NCBI GenBank assembly: GCA_030770535.1
Contig: JASVEC010000012.1
Coordinates: forward strand, 1-64,000
DNA: 64,000 nucleotides
From: Batkoa obscura
Taxonomy: Eukaryota
Reading direction: 5' to 3'
Shown here: positions 38,216 through 49,124 of the stretch, in pieces
How the letters are laid out: every line of letters begins with the position of its first letter
Numbering within the stretch: position 1 is the stretch's first letter
Notes under the pieces: generated by a model
What the model saw: the letters and a program-made list of their open reading frames with translations, nothing else
Told to the model about the DNA's origin: nothing
Databases searched by the model: none
Position numbers and translations under genes: made by a program

Positions 38216-39994
38216 TTAAGATTCTTTACTTTCTAATACTCTACGTATAGTTTGAGCATCCATATTAAATTGATGAGATTTAGAAGGATAATTACTTTGA
38301 TTCATCCAACGTATAATAGATGATGGGGATTGTAAAAAAGCTTTAGTTTCAATTTGTCTTGCCCAAATTAGAGCAGATTCATCTGATTGTTCTAATGCAG
38401 TTGTATTATTATTATTGTTTTGTTTTAAATACATTTCATAAATATTTTGATAGTTTATTAGATATAAAAATAATTGATATATTAATAATATTGGTCTTAA
38501 ATATTGATGATTAAGTGAAAAATAAATCTTAATTAAACATTGTTCAATTGTTTCCATTATTAATAAATAAAATGGATCTAAATGATATTGTAAATAAAAT
38601 TGATATGTATTTTTAATATTTGATTCATAAAATTGTTGTTGAGATTGAAATAATCTCATGTTTTGTTGACATGTAAATACTGTATGCCATTTACCTAATT
38701 CCATTGAATATAATATGGGATCTAATATTTTATTATGTAATTCTAATTTAAATTGATTTGGATGATGTTTAGGTGGTAATTGACAAATAGTAGGTACTAA
38801 TCCGTTATTAGGCCAATATTTTGTTAATTCTTCATATTCATTTAAATTATTATGTACAAATTGAAATCTACCTAAAAACCAACTTAATAAAAATCGTTTA
38901 AATTGACTTGGACGAGGTAAATGATAACCTGTAATTTTTGATTTCATTGAACTACTTATTACATAATTTAAATAAATACAATTAGATGATATTGGGTATA
39001 ATTTACTATGCCATACTGCTCCTTCTAAACTATAATCGTAAATAAAATTATCTTCTAAATTAGAATAAGAACTACGTCCAATCAAAGCACACCAAAAGGA
39101 ACTTTGTTGTTTCTTAGATAAATTCCAATAATAATTCATTAATTGTAACCCAAATAAATAAATTACTGGTAAATTAAAATATAATAATAAATGAATTAAA
39201 CTTAACATTAATTGTAAAATAGAAATAGGATGAATAACACTTTTAGTAAACGGTTTTAAACCTAATACATAAGGTAATGTTGAACCACGTAAAGAACCTT
39301 CAATTGTAATTACTGCTTTAACCCATTTATCATTACTTTTACATTTAAAAAAATCAGTAGCTAATAAATATTGTAAATATAAAATAGTTTGAGCTCCATA
39401 ACCTTTACCAACTAATACAATAGGATTTTCTTCATTCCATTCCTTTAATACTCCTTCATAATATAAACCAAATTGAGAATGACAATATTTTCTACTATGT
39501 TCTTTACCATAATCTATTTTCCCCCCTTTAAGTTCATAAAATATTTCGCATGCTCTATCGTGTAATGAACCAAAGGAACTTGGATGAACCGGTATAGCGT
39601 TTGGTATTGCTTGTTTAATAGAATGCCAACTATCCCATATCCTTTTTTTACCTTCAAAAAAAGGAATTGAAATATCAATCTCATTAAAATTAAAAAAATC
39701 AGGTACTAAAATAAATTTATCTTCTTCATCTCCATTTAAATTAATTTTATCACTTTTTGCTTCAATTTTAATTTCTACTTTATTCTCTTTTACTGTTGAC
39801 GATGACATTCTATTTAATAATGGACTCTTTGGATAATATTGCGATATTGATTTAAAATTTTGCATAAAATTCATTCCTTCTTTATTACTTTCAATTGTTG
39901 TCTTCCCTTTATTATCTCCTGTCATTGATCGTCCACCATCCCCATATTCATTAACTAAACTTTTTAATAATGTTTTACTATCAAATCCAAACAT
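38216..39994 (-). CDS. Lipase-like alpha/beta hydrolase, predicted catalytically inactive
   Basis: SSFGSLHDRACEIFYELKGG.IDYG.EHS...H..FG, W.EENPI.LVG and LRGST are typical of the Staphylococcus/Geobacillus-type lipase family, but GHSxG reads GKGYG. Confidence 0.82.
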   Translation of the reverse strand: MFGFDSKTLLKSLVNEYGDGGRSMTGDNKGKTTIESNKEGMNFMQNFKSISQYYPKSPLLNRMSSSTVKENKVEIKIEAKSDKINLNGDEEDKFILVPDFFNFNEIDISIPFFEGKKRIWDSWHSIKQAIPNAIPVHPSSFGSLHDRACEIFYELKGGKIDYGKEHSRKYCHSQFGLYYEGVLKEWNEENPIVLVGKGYGAQTILYLQYLLATDFFKCKSNDKWVKAVITIEGSLRGSTLPYVLGLKPFTKSVIHPISILQLMLSLIHLLLYFNLPVIYLFGLQLMNYYWNLSKKQQSSFWCALIGRSSYSNLEDNFIYDYSLEGAVWHSKLYPISSNCIYLNYVISSSMKSKITGYHLPRPSQFKRFLLSWFLGRFQFVHNNLNEYEELTKYWPNNGLVPTICQLPPKHHPNQFKLELHNKILDPILYSMELGKWHTVFTCQQNMRLFQSQQQFYESNIKNTYQFYLQYHLDPFYLLIMETIEQCLIKIYFSLNHQYLRPILLIYQLFLYLINYQNIYEMYLKQNNNNNTTALEQSDESALIWARQIETKAFLQSPSSIIRWMNQSNYPSKSHQFNMDAQTIRRVLESKES

Positions 39995-40254
39995 CTTCTT
40001 AATTTAAATTAAACTTATTAATCAATTGAACTTATAAAATTCTTTCTTTTGTATAGTTTTCTTAAGGTCTCTTTTTCACATGGAATTACCGTTTCCATCC
40101 CTGAAATTATATTCTTAGTTAAATTAACTTAATGGAAAATTTTAACAACTCCGCTAGAAAAATCGAAAAATCGATTTCAAAACATCTTATTTATTAGATT
40201 TGTTAAATAATCAATGATATCATTTTAATTAAGATTATTTTTAATATAAAGGTT

Positions 40255-40341
40255 GTTATTGTTATTGTTATTGTTATTGTTATTGTTATTGTTATTATTA
40301 TTGTTATTATTATTGTTATTGTTATTGTTATTGTTATTGTT
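40255..40341. repeat. (GTTATT)n / (ATT)n compound microsatellite
   Basis: Imperfect hexanucleotide run. Confidence 0.9.
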
Positions 40342-41114
40342 AATGAAAGGATACTATTTCTTTGTGATATAATTTACGCTTTTATTTTCATAAAAAAAGG
40401 AAAATTTGAATTAGTAGAAATTACTAAACTATCTTTTATTTTCTAATCAAAAGTTAAAGATTTTTTTAATGATAATAAAAGGGTTGATTTTAGTTCAATG
40501 ATAAATAAATTGCTTAGCAATTCATTAAAACAAATTTAAAAAATGAAAAATATACTAAGCTTTTTAATGATATCAAATAATAAATAATAGTCCAATATGA
40601 AAACTCTAAATATAATTTAAGATTTTAGTAAGAGTCAATTCAAACAGATTTTTAGAAAGTTGAAATTGAATTGAGAAATGATTTATCTATCCAACCTTTG
40701 ATGGGTTTTGAGTTCGAATCCTATCTCACTCAATTAAAATAGAAATTTACCCCATGTTTTCTCTCCTCTGTAAGACTACTAGGCTATACCCAAAATTACT
40801 ATCAGTAATTTTTCAGTCTATCTCTATTTTTTTTCTTTTATATAAAAAAAGAGATAAAATATGCAATAAATAAAGTGTGTAATGTGGATTAAATAGTATG
40901 AAAGGTTTCAATAATCAATTCAATAAAGTGTCATTATAATAAAATTATGATAACTCTTGAAATAATATAATCAAAGAAATTAAAATAACAACGTTTAAAA
41001 AGTTTACCATTTTAAAAAGGATAAGTAATCTATAAATTCAACAATTTATATTCTAATAATATAAAATATAAAACTTATTACTGTTTATTACTATTTATTA
41101 ATCCCATATTAATA

Positions 41115-41736
41115 TTATAACTCCAATTTTTTTGGATCGAAAATTCTACAACGATCATTAAATACTTTCGAACTACGTCTTTGTATAATCTCTTCAACTG
41201 ATGCTTCATTTTTAATCCATCTTAACTAAATTCAAAAAATACTCTAATCAAATTTAAAACCCATATTTAAAAAAAATCATTTACCTTAGCTTCCTCTGCA
41301 TAAAGATGGGATTTTAATACAGAATTCTCTTTATTTTTATCAAAATCTTCTCGAAGTTGGGTTAATTTTCCATCTACTAACTAAAAACAATAGTTTTATG
41401 AATACGATCCACTACATTTAAAGATAATAATAATAATAATAATAATAATAATTCTTACTTTAACACAAGTTTTAATAACTGTATCTCTTTCTGAATAAGC
41501 TTTGCTTAAAGTTTGAAATGTTTTTAAACAAGATTCTTCTGATTTTGTATCTGTTGTGTTTAATCTTAATATTATATTATCATCCGGTTTACGTAATTTT
41601 TTTAATAGATCTAAATAATAAAATAGTTTTAAGTTTATCTAATATAATTATTGATTGTTTTTATATAATTACCTCGAAAATGACTTAAATCATAACATAC
41701 TCGCGTATCAAATTCATACTCTTTATAGTGGCTCAT
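41115..41736 (-). CDS. MIX23: Mix23/CCDC58 (Cid2 family) mitochondrial intermembrane-space protein; 4 exons
   Basis: CYDLSHFR-DLLKKLRKPDDNIILRLN...SC..F......R..VIK.C...LRWIKNE.SVEEIIQ.RS.KVFNDRC; missed by the ORF track. Confidence 0.88.
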
Positions 41737-42032
41737 TTCTAAACAATTATTTTTTTTAAAAATGATTATTTTTAATTGCGTTGGAAGTAAGCTTAGTTTT
41801 TTCGCAGTTTATAAAGTGACACTAAAATTTCAGTTTTAGTAACAAATTCATCCAAACTTTTAAAAGTAAGAGTTCTATAATATTATACAAATTAGTTTTC
41901 ATTATTATTAATATTTTATATTAAAATCTTACATCTTCATTAAAATAAATTGCACAATTAAAAATAAAAGTTCTTTATTTAAAAATTAAAATAATGATAT
42001 TAATAATAAATATTATAAATTGTATATTTTAT

Positions 42033-43362
42033 TTATTTCCAACTAAGTTTTAAAATTTCTCTAGTAATACCACTATCAATTTTAAATACTGTATCACAAT
42101 TCATTTCCCCTTTACTTTCAATTAATTGTTTAAATTCTAAAGTACCACCACCAACACCAAAATACATAGTTTTAGCAGCAACATAACTATTAACAGAAAA
42201 TTAATATTATAATTTTTATGATTTTAACATATAAAAAGCTTACGCAATTCCATTTGGTTTACTTAATAATTTATTAATTGTATCATATAATTTTGGTATT
42301 AATTCAGGGGCATAAATAGTTTCTGTTGTAAGTAAAATATCATAGCCATTTGGTATATATTGTTGAGTTATTGGTGGCTAAATAAATATTGAATATATAT
42401 AAAATATAAAATATAAAATATAAAACTTACTAAAGTTTCCCAATCTCCGTAAAAAGCTTTAAATTTATTTTGCTCATTATATTTATTAATAAGTTCCATA
42501 TTTAAATCAACTTCAACTTCTTCTTCTTTTTCATTATTATTAATTGGCAATAACAAATTACTAAATAAATTGGGTAAAGTTATCCAACTTATTACTTCTT
42601 TGTTATAGTCTGAAAAATGAATTGAATTGACTTCAAAATTCCTTAAAATCGTTAAAGAAGGTATTGAGGAACCACAACCTAACTTTATAATAATAATTAA
42701 TTAACTAATATATAATAATAGTTTTGTCTTACTTCAATGATATTTCTATTTTTAAATTCTTCTTCATTTTGATCTAATAAATAAGCTGATAAATCTAATG
42801 CTGACTCCCAAGTTTTAAAACCACCTATAAAAAAGCATTATAATTAATATTTTAATAATAATAATAATAATAAATAATTTCTTTTAATTTTACCTTCATA
42901 AATATGTCGAACTACATCTAAGCCATCAATCCAAGCTCTAATTTCATCTTGTTCATTATCTTTATCTTCAAGTTTATCTTGTTGAGCTAAATGTAATTTA
43001 ATATCGGAAAGATATCTTTTATAAACTAAATTTATAATTTCTTTTTTAGTATCGTTATTTAATGGTCGAATACCCTCTAATTCAATTACTTGAGGTAACT
43101 AAAATAATTCAGTTTTATTATTTTATTCATTATTTTATTTATTATTTTATTTTTAATTACCAATTCATTAAGTTTATATTCTTTAGCATGGATGATTGGT
43201 TCTTCACTCTCTTTTTTATCATTCAATGTTATACTTTGAAATTGTGTTTCCAAATCATTTTCTTCATTATTATCTATCTATTATATTATCATCATTAAAA
43301 ATTAATTTATTAATAGCAATAAAAAAGGGTAATAAACTTACACTAAAATTAAATTTAAACAT
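42033..43362 (-). CDS. HPM1: Histidine protein methyltransferase (METTL18/Hpm1), multi-exon
   Basis: MFKFNF, KRYLSDIKLHLAQQD, YEGGFKTWE, IELGCG..IPS, F.DYN.EV, FYGDW, YDILLTTETIY, VAAKTMYFGVGGG. Confidence 0.92.
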
Positions 43363-43476
43363 TTTAAAATTTTTTTAACAAAAATTTTAAAAAATCAAAT
43401 TTTCAAATTAACTTTGCATAATAAATTTCTAATCAAATTCATTTTCAAATGCTATTTTTTTAATTTAATTTGAGTT

Positions 43477-44492
43477 ATGTCAATATTTCAACCAAGTAAT
43501 CAAATAAAGTAATTAACTACTCTTAATACTAATAAATAATAACAATACTAAAATTATAATTAGACTTACTAATGTCTCTATAGTCAAGTTACGTAAGGGA
43601 GGTAAAAGGTTTGAAATTGCTTGTTATAAAAATAAAGTAATGGAATGGAGGAGTCAAGTGTAATTTAAATTATAAGTAATCAAATTAAAAATTAATGATT
43701 TGTTAGTGAAACTGATTTAGATGAAATCTTACAAATCAATTCTATCTTTACCAATGTATCTAAAGGTCAATTAGCCAATACAGAAGATTTAACAAAATGT
43801 TTTAAAACAGAAGATAAAGAAAAGATTATTCTAGAAGTAATTTTTATTGAACTTTATTATTATTATCATGTAGTTAAATGATTTAGATATTAAAAAAAGG
43901 GGAGTTACAAGTAGGAGAAAAAGAGCGAGCAAATGCTTTGGAAACCTTATCAAAAGATATAGCTAGTTTAGTAGCGGATATGTGTGTTAATCCAACGAAT
44001 AAAAGACCATATACAGTATCGATGATTGAAAAAGCGATTGCGGATTTACATTATTCTACCAATCCAAATAAAAATGCTAAGCAACAGGTAATTATTTTTA
44101 TAATATAATTAGTAGTATTAATTAATTTTTCATAGGCTTTAGAAATCATCCGACAACTTCAAGATAAAAAAACCATACCCATTGCTCGTGCTCAAATGAG
44201 AATTCGTATTACATTACCTGGTAAAGAAGCTAAAAAACTTAAAGAAAGTTTATTACCTAATATTTCAAAAGTGGAAGAAGAAGACTTTGGGGATTTATAT
44301 GAAATGGTAATTCTTTTTTTAAGTTTATTTTTATTATTTTGACTCTACTTTTTATTTTTAATTTAGGTCTCTTTAATTGATCCAGGAAATTTAAAAGTAT
44401 TATCAGATAAAATTTCAGTTGCTACTAAAGGTCGAGGTGGGTTAGAAGTATTATCATTAAAAGATTTAGAAGAAGGCAATGAAAAATATTAA
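43477..44492 (+). CDS. SDO1: Ribosome maturation factor SBDS/Sdo1, multi-exon
   Basis: [77 protein letters not shown]. Confidence 0.97.
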
Positions 44493-44553
44493 TAAAAGTA
44501 ATTTCTTATAGAAAGTAATAAAAATATCCATTTTACAAACTTTATAAAATAAT

Positions 44554-45118
44554 TTATAAATTCAAGTCTAAATTTGAACTCAAGGTAAATCAATAAAAAA
44601 AGTATAGATAAGGGAAATAGTAATAATAGATAAAAAAGCGACAGCTAAACAGATACCAATTCTAGAAATTGGGAATTTTCCTTTTGTTAAACTAAATTGA
44701 ATAAAAAAATAGCGAAATAAGCCAAATCCAACAAATGCAATGGCACAACACATATAAACAATACCAATTATTAAATGTTCATCTTTATGAATTGATGGCT
44801 GACCGCTTAACTTACTTAATTGAGTTATTGCAATTCCTAAGGTTACTAATGCTAATGAAGTTCTTAACCAAGCTAAAAAGGTACGTTCATTTGCTATTAT
44901 TTATTATCATTATTATTGTTACTTCAATTACTAGTATTATTATAAAATATACCTAAATGATCCCTTGCAACGGAACCTTTATTTTCTAAAGTCAAAGATA
45001 AAAAAGTGCGTTGTTTATCTTTCTCATTACTATTGTTATTAATAGCTATCCTTTCACTATCAATTGGAGCAATTGAGTTATAACCATACACTATATTAGT
45101 ATTGCTAGAAGATGCCAT
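44554..45118 (-). CDS. DUF202 (YidH-like) membrane protein, paralogue 1; 1 intron
   Basis: LENKGSVARDHL-ANERTFLAWLRTSLA; three hydrophobic helices; RYF..Q..L.KGKFP. Confidence 0.9.
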
Positions 45119-45470
45119 AATATTCTAAAATCGTAAAAACAAAGTAATTAACAAGAAAAAAAAAAAATTTCTTTAAAAAATTCCGATTATTATGTTCATT
45201 TTTACCTCCTTTTTTTCATTAGATTAAGATTATTCTTTGCTCATTATTATTTTTAGCTAAAAAATTATGGGGATATCATCAAATAGGCAAATTAACTCCA
45301 ATTTATTGAAATTTATAGGCTAAATTATGCCCTTTCAATAATAATGAGATCATTTTTAATTGCAAGTGATTTTGACACATTTTGAGTAAAAATAAAAAAA
45401 ATAAAAATAAAAAATTTAGAAAAATTTAAAAACATAGTCATAGCGACTCAATTTAAATAATATATAATAG

Positions 45471-45934
45471 CTAATGAAATTTAATATCAAATAATTTTTC
45501 CAGGCCAATAAAGCATGTTAAAGCAACACAAAACAAGAGTAATAAGAAAGAACCCAAAAATAAACTTATTCTTGTACTTGGAAAATTTTGTTGTAGTAAT
45601 TGATTTTGCACACGAAAGTAGCGTGATAATCCTAGTACTAAAAAGATATTTCCCATGACACTATAAAGGATGCCTATCCAAAAGATATATGAACTACTTT
45701 TAATCACTTCCATCTTAGCTAATTGAGTGATTGCTAAACCTACTGTCACCAATGTTATGGAGGTTCGTAACCACGATAAAAAAGTACGTTCATTTGCTAA
45801 ATATTAAGGAGATAAGTAAAGAGTAGTTAAATTCTAAAATGATTAAAAGTACCCAAATGATCTCTAGCTGTAGACCCTTTATTTTCTAAAGTTAAAAATA
45901 ATCTTGGAAATTTAAATTTTAAACTTTTATTCAT
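45471..45934 (-). CDS. DUF202 (YidH-like) membrane protein, paralogue 2; 1 intron at the same position
   Basis: LENKGSTARDHL-ANERTFLSWLRTSI; RYFRVQ..L....FP. Confidence 0.9.
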
Positions 45935-46798
45935 CTTTTTATGTATATAATAATTTAAGTTAACTTTTAAAAAAAAACAGTCATTTAACTCTGTTTTATA
46001 CTCCTTCGGCTGTCAAATTTTTAACCTCAATTCGGTAATGATTGGTTAATTTGATGATAATGAATACATGATCTCATTGTAATAATTATAGATATTATTC
46101 TTTGGTATATATAAAAAGATTATCCTAATGTTGACTTTGAAATCAAAGTTTAATGGATTAATATGCTTATTATCTATTAATATGAAATACAATTTATCAT
46201 ATAAATACATGAAGCTCCAAAATAATGTGAAAGTTCCTTTCTTTTGCTAATAAAGTTGTATCGTGCATAAGTTAACAGTATACTTTAAAGCGACGTAGCT
46301 AAAAATAAGAAGAATTTTAAAGAAACAGGATATATGGTAATGTCTCAGTAATTATGTTAAATATACAAACTGAAATAAATAAACTCAAAAGTTTCAATAT
46401 AAAATCTAGATTTAAAGTTTATTGAAGTGCATATTTATTACTAGCCACCTTGCCTTTTAAGGAAACGCTATACAGTAAGGTTTTAGTAATGTTATAGTTA
46501 ATGTAGCGTGTAACGAAGATTCAATAATATACTGTGATATATCATCAAAAAAATTGATATATTAAAAAACGCATATCATGCTTTTTTATCTTTTTATTAC
46601 TATATTTTATATATTAAATAAAATATTAATTACAAGTTGTAAAAATACACAAAATTTTAAATTTTGTTAAGGGATGGAAAAAATAGAATGAAAATCTGAA
46701 TAAGGGGGACGCAAAAATAAGGGTATAAAAGAATAAGAATATATAAAATAAAGAATAGCAACAAAACAATAAACTAAATTTATTATTTTTTAACAAAG

Positions 46799-47377
46799 AT
46801 GAAAACATTAACTGAACGTCCATTAGACAGCGTCTATTTTTATTATTTTTTAATTCATTCAATCTTTACAGTAATATTTGATTGTGTACCTATTTATCCA
46901 GCTATAATGCAACCTCAATTTTTAGTACAATTTAATCAATTTCAAGTCAATTTGTTTAAAGATCCTTATATGAGTATATACAATCATGGTTACAATAATA
47001 ATTACAATGCTACTTATTTTCAATTGTTTTGGTTTCGTACTTTTGTTTATATAGAATTATTGTTACATTTACCTTTTTTTATTTATTCTATATATCAGTT
47101 ATATTATGGTAGTTTTTATTATAATTTAAGTAATTTATTAACTTATATTTTTATAGATAGAAAATATAAACTAAGATTATATGGTATTATCTATTCTTCC
47201 TCAGTAATGACGAGTGTATTACCAATGTTAGTATCTTTTTTACATGGGTTTCCAAACTTACCATTAAGTTATCGTTATTCTTTATTTATGTTATATTTTC
47301 CATTCTTTTTTATACCTTTGGTATTATTAATTGATCTTTCTACTTTGGAAATTTCAAAACTTAAAAAATTGCAATAA
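46799..47377 (+). CDS. TMEM97/sigma-2 receptor-like EXPERA-domain membrane protein; in-frame intron ~47109-47156
   Basis: RPLD.VYF.YFLIH...T..FD, F.DP, WFRTFVYIELLLHLPFF, Y.PFF.IPL; KKLQ ER-retrieval tail. Confidence 0.88.
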   Translation: MKTLTERPLDSVYFYYFLIHSIFTVIFDCVPIYPAIMQPQFLVQFNQFQVNLFKDPYMSIYNHGYNNNYNATYFQLFWFRTFVYIELLLHLPFFIYSIYQLYYGSFYYNLSNLLTYIFIDRKYKLRLYGIIYSSSVMTSVLPMLVSFLHGFPNLPLSYRYSLFMLYFPFFFIPLVLLIDLSTLEISKLKKLQ

Positions 47378-47419
47378 AATTGATATTTTCTTCGTTTTAT
47401 TTTCTTTATAATATTTAAA

Positions 47420-49038
47420 ATGTTAAAAAACAATATAGTAAAAAGAGCTAATATACCTTTAAGAAACATTGTATTTTTAAAAAACAAAGTCAATCACTTT
47501 CATTGTCAATTAAATGGTGGTTTAAAAAAAGGATCCATCTTTGATACATTTAATGGAGATACCAATATGTATAGGAATAATAAAGAATATGAAATAGAAA
47601 TAGAAGGAGACGAGGACTTTAACAGTAAATTTAATTACTTTGATTTTAACTATATAATAATGTTTATTTAGCTGATAATGCTGTATTTGAACATTTAATG
47701 AAGGAAGCGATAAAAAGTAAAAGCAAGACAAAAAATGGTCCCAAATTAAACAAAAAAGATTTGGTAAATGTTGTAGGATCAACTAAACAATTAATTCGTG
47801 CCGAAGATGATGGGACAAAAAGACAATATAAAAAACAAATAATGACATGTAATTACTTATAAAATCAATAGCATAATAATTTTCAAAATTTATATTTTAG
47901 TATGTAAAGGAGATTCTTCAATGCTTTATGATTATACCATTGTCTTATTACAAATTTATAAGATGGCAGGTAAACTTTAATTAAATAATAAATAGTAATT
48001 TATCAACTTTAAAGGTAGTGGCTATGGTTCAGCAAAAATCATTGTCAATTTGTTAAAACTTGGTTATGAGTTCAATAATATTAAAGCTACTTATACACTA
48101 GCTTCTGTATTGTATGAGGGTAAATTCAATTAATAATGACAGTTTACAAATTGATAATATTATATTAGGTTTAGGAGAAGTCAAAAAAGATAAAGAAGAA
48201 GCTAAAATCATTATGAAACAATTAAGTGATGAAAGAGTGCCTTTAGCTATGGTAAAATATGGTGTATGGCTTATACAAGAAAACAATAAAGAAGGTTTAA
48301 AATATCTAAATGAAGCAGCAGAAGCTAAAATCGATTTAGCTTATAATCAATTGGGTAATAACATTTCATTTATATAAAAGAAGGATAATTTATATTATTA
48401 GGTCATTTATATCGCAAAGGCAGATTAGTACCAAAAGATGAAGATAAAGCAAAAGAATATTATCAACTAGGAGCTCTACAGGGTAATTATATACATTTGT
48501 CATTTTAATAGTTTAATAAAACAATTAATTTAGGTTCACCAGAAAGTGAATTTTATCTTGGTATTATTAAGTCAAGAGAAACAACGCCCAATCATAAAGA
48601 AATCATATCACACTTTGAGAAAGCAGCTATGAGTGGGATGGCAGAAGCTCAATATAATTTAGGATTAAAATATATGCTTGGAGAAGGTATTGATAAAAAT
48701 TTCAATTTGTGTAAAGAATATTGGCAAATGGCTGCCAATCAAAAATTTCCTTTAGCTATGGTAATTTGATTTATTTTTATTGCTATTAATTACTAATATT
48801 ATTTTATATTTTATAGTTAAATTTAGCAAAGTTATATCTTCAAGGTATTGATGGTAAAATAGAAAAAGAAAAAGCTAGAAATTTATTAATTGAAATGAGT
48901 GAATTATTTAAAAATACTAAATATGCTATGGATTCTAATACTTTATTATCTACTATTGATAATCCAGATCCTAATTTATTAAAAATTAATACAAATACAA
49001 ATAATAAAAAAGATAAAGGGGGTTGTTCAATAATGTAA
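47420..49038 (+). CDS. Sel1-repeat protein with C-terminal CaaX (CSIM), multi-exon
   Basis: Spliced SLR motifs A.Y.LA.V.YEG, AYNQLGHLYRKG..VPKD..KA..YY..GA.QG, AEAQYNLG.KY..GEG; ends GGCSIM*. Confidence 0.85.
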
Positions 49039-49124
49039 TAAAAAACGAAAGAATAAAGCAATAAATACTTTTTTATGTGATTAATGCTGCTTTTTTATTT
49101 TAATAGTTATAAGTTATTATTTAA

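Noticed and set aside
40621..40735. Functional tRNA, including tRNA-Sec
   Set aside because: T stem and acceptor stem do not pair properly and there is no anticodon arm; I saw no in-frame TGA in the genes I spliced.
40893..40910. GTATGAAAGG resembling the U6atac 5' region
   Set aside because: The match stops after ~10 nt and the following conserved AGAGAAGGTTAGC is absent.
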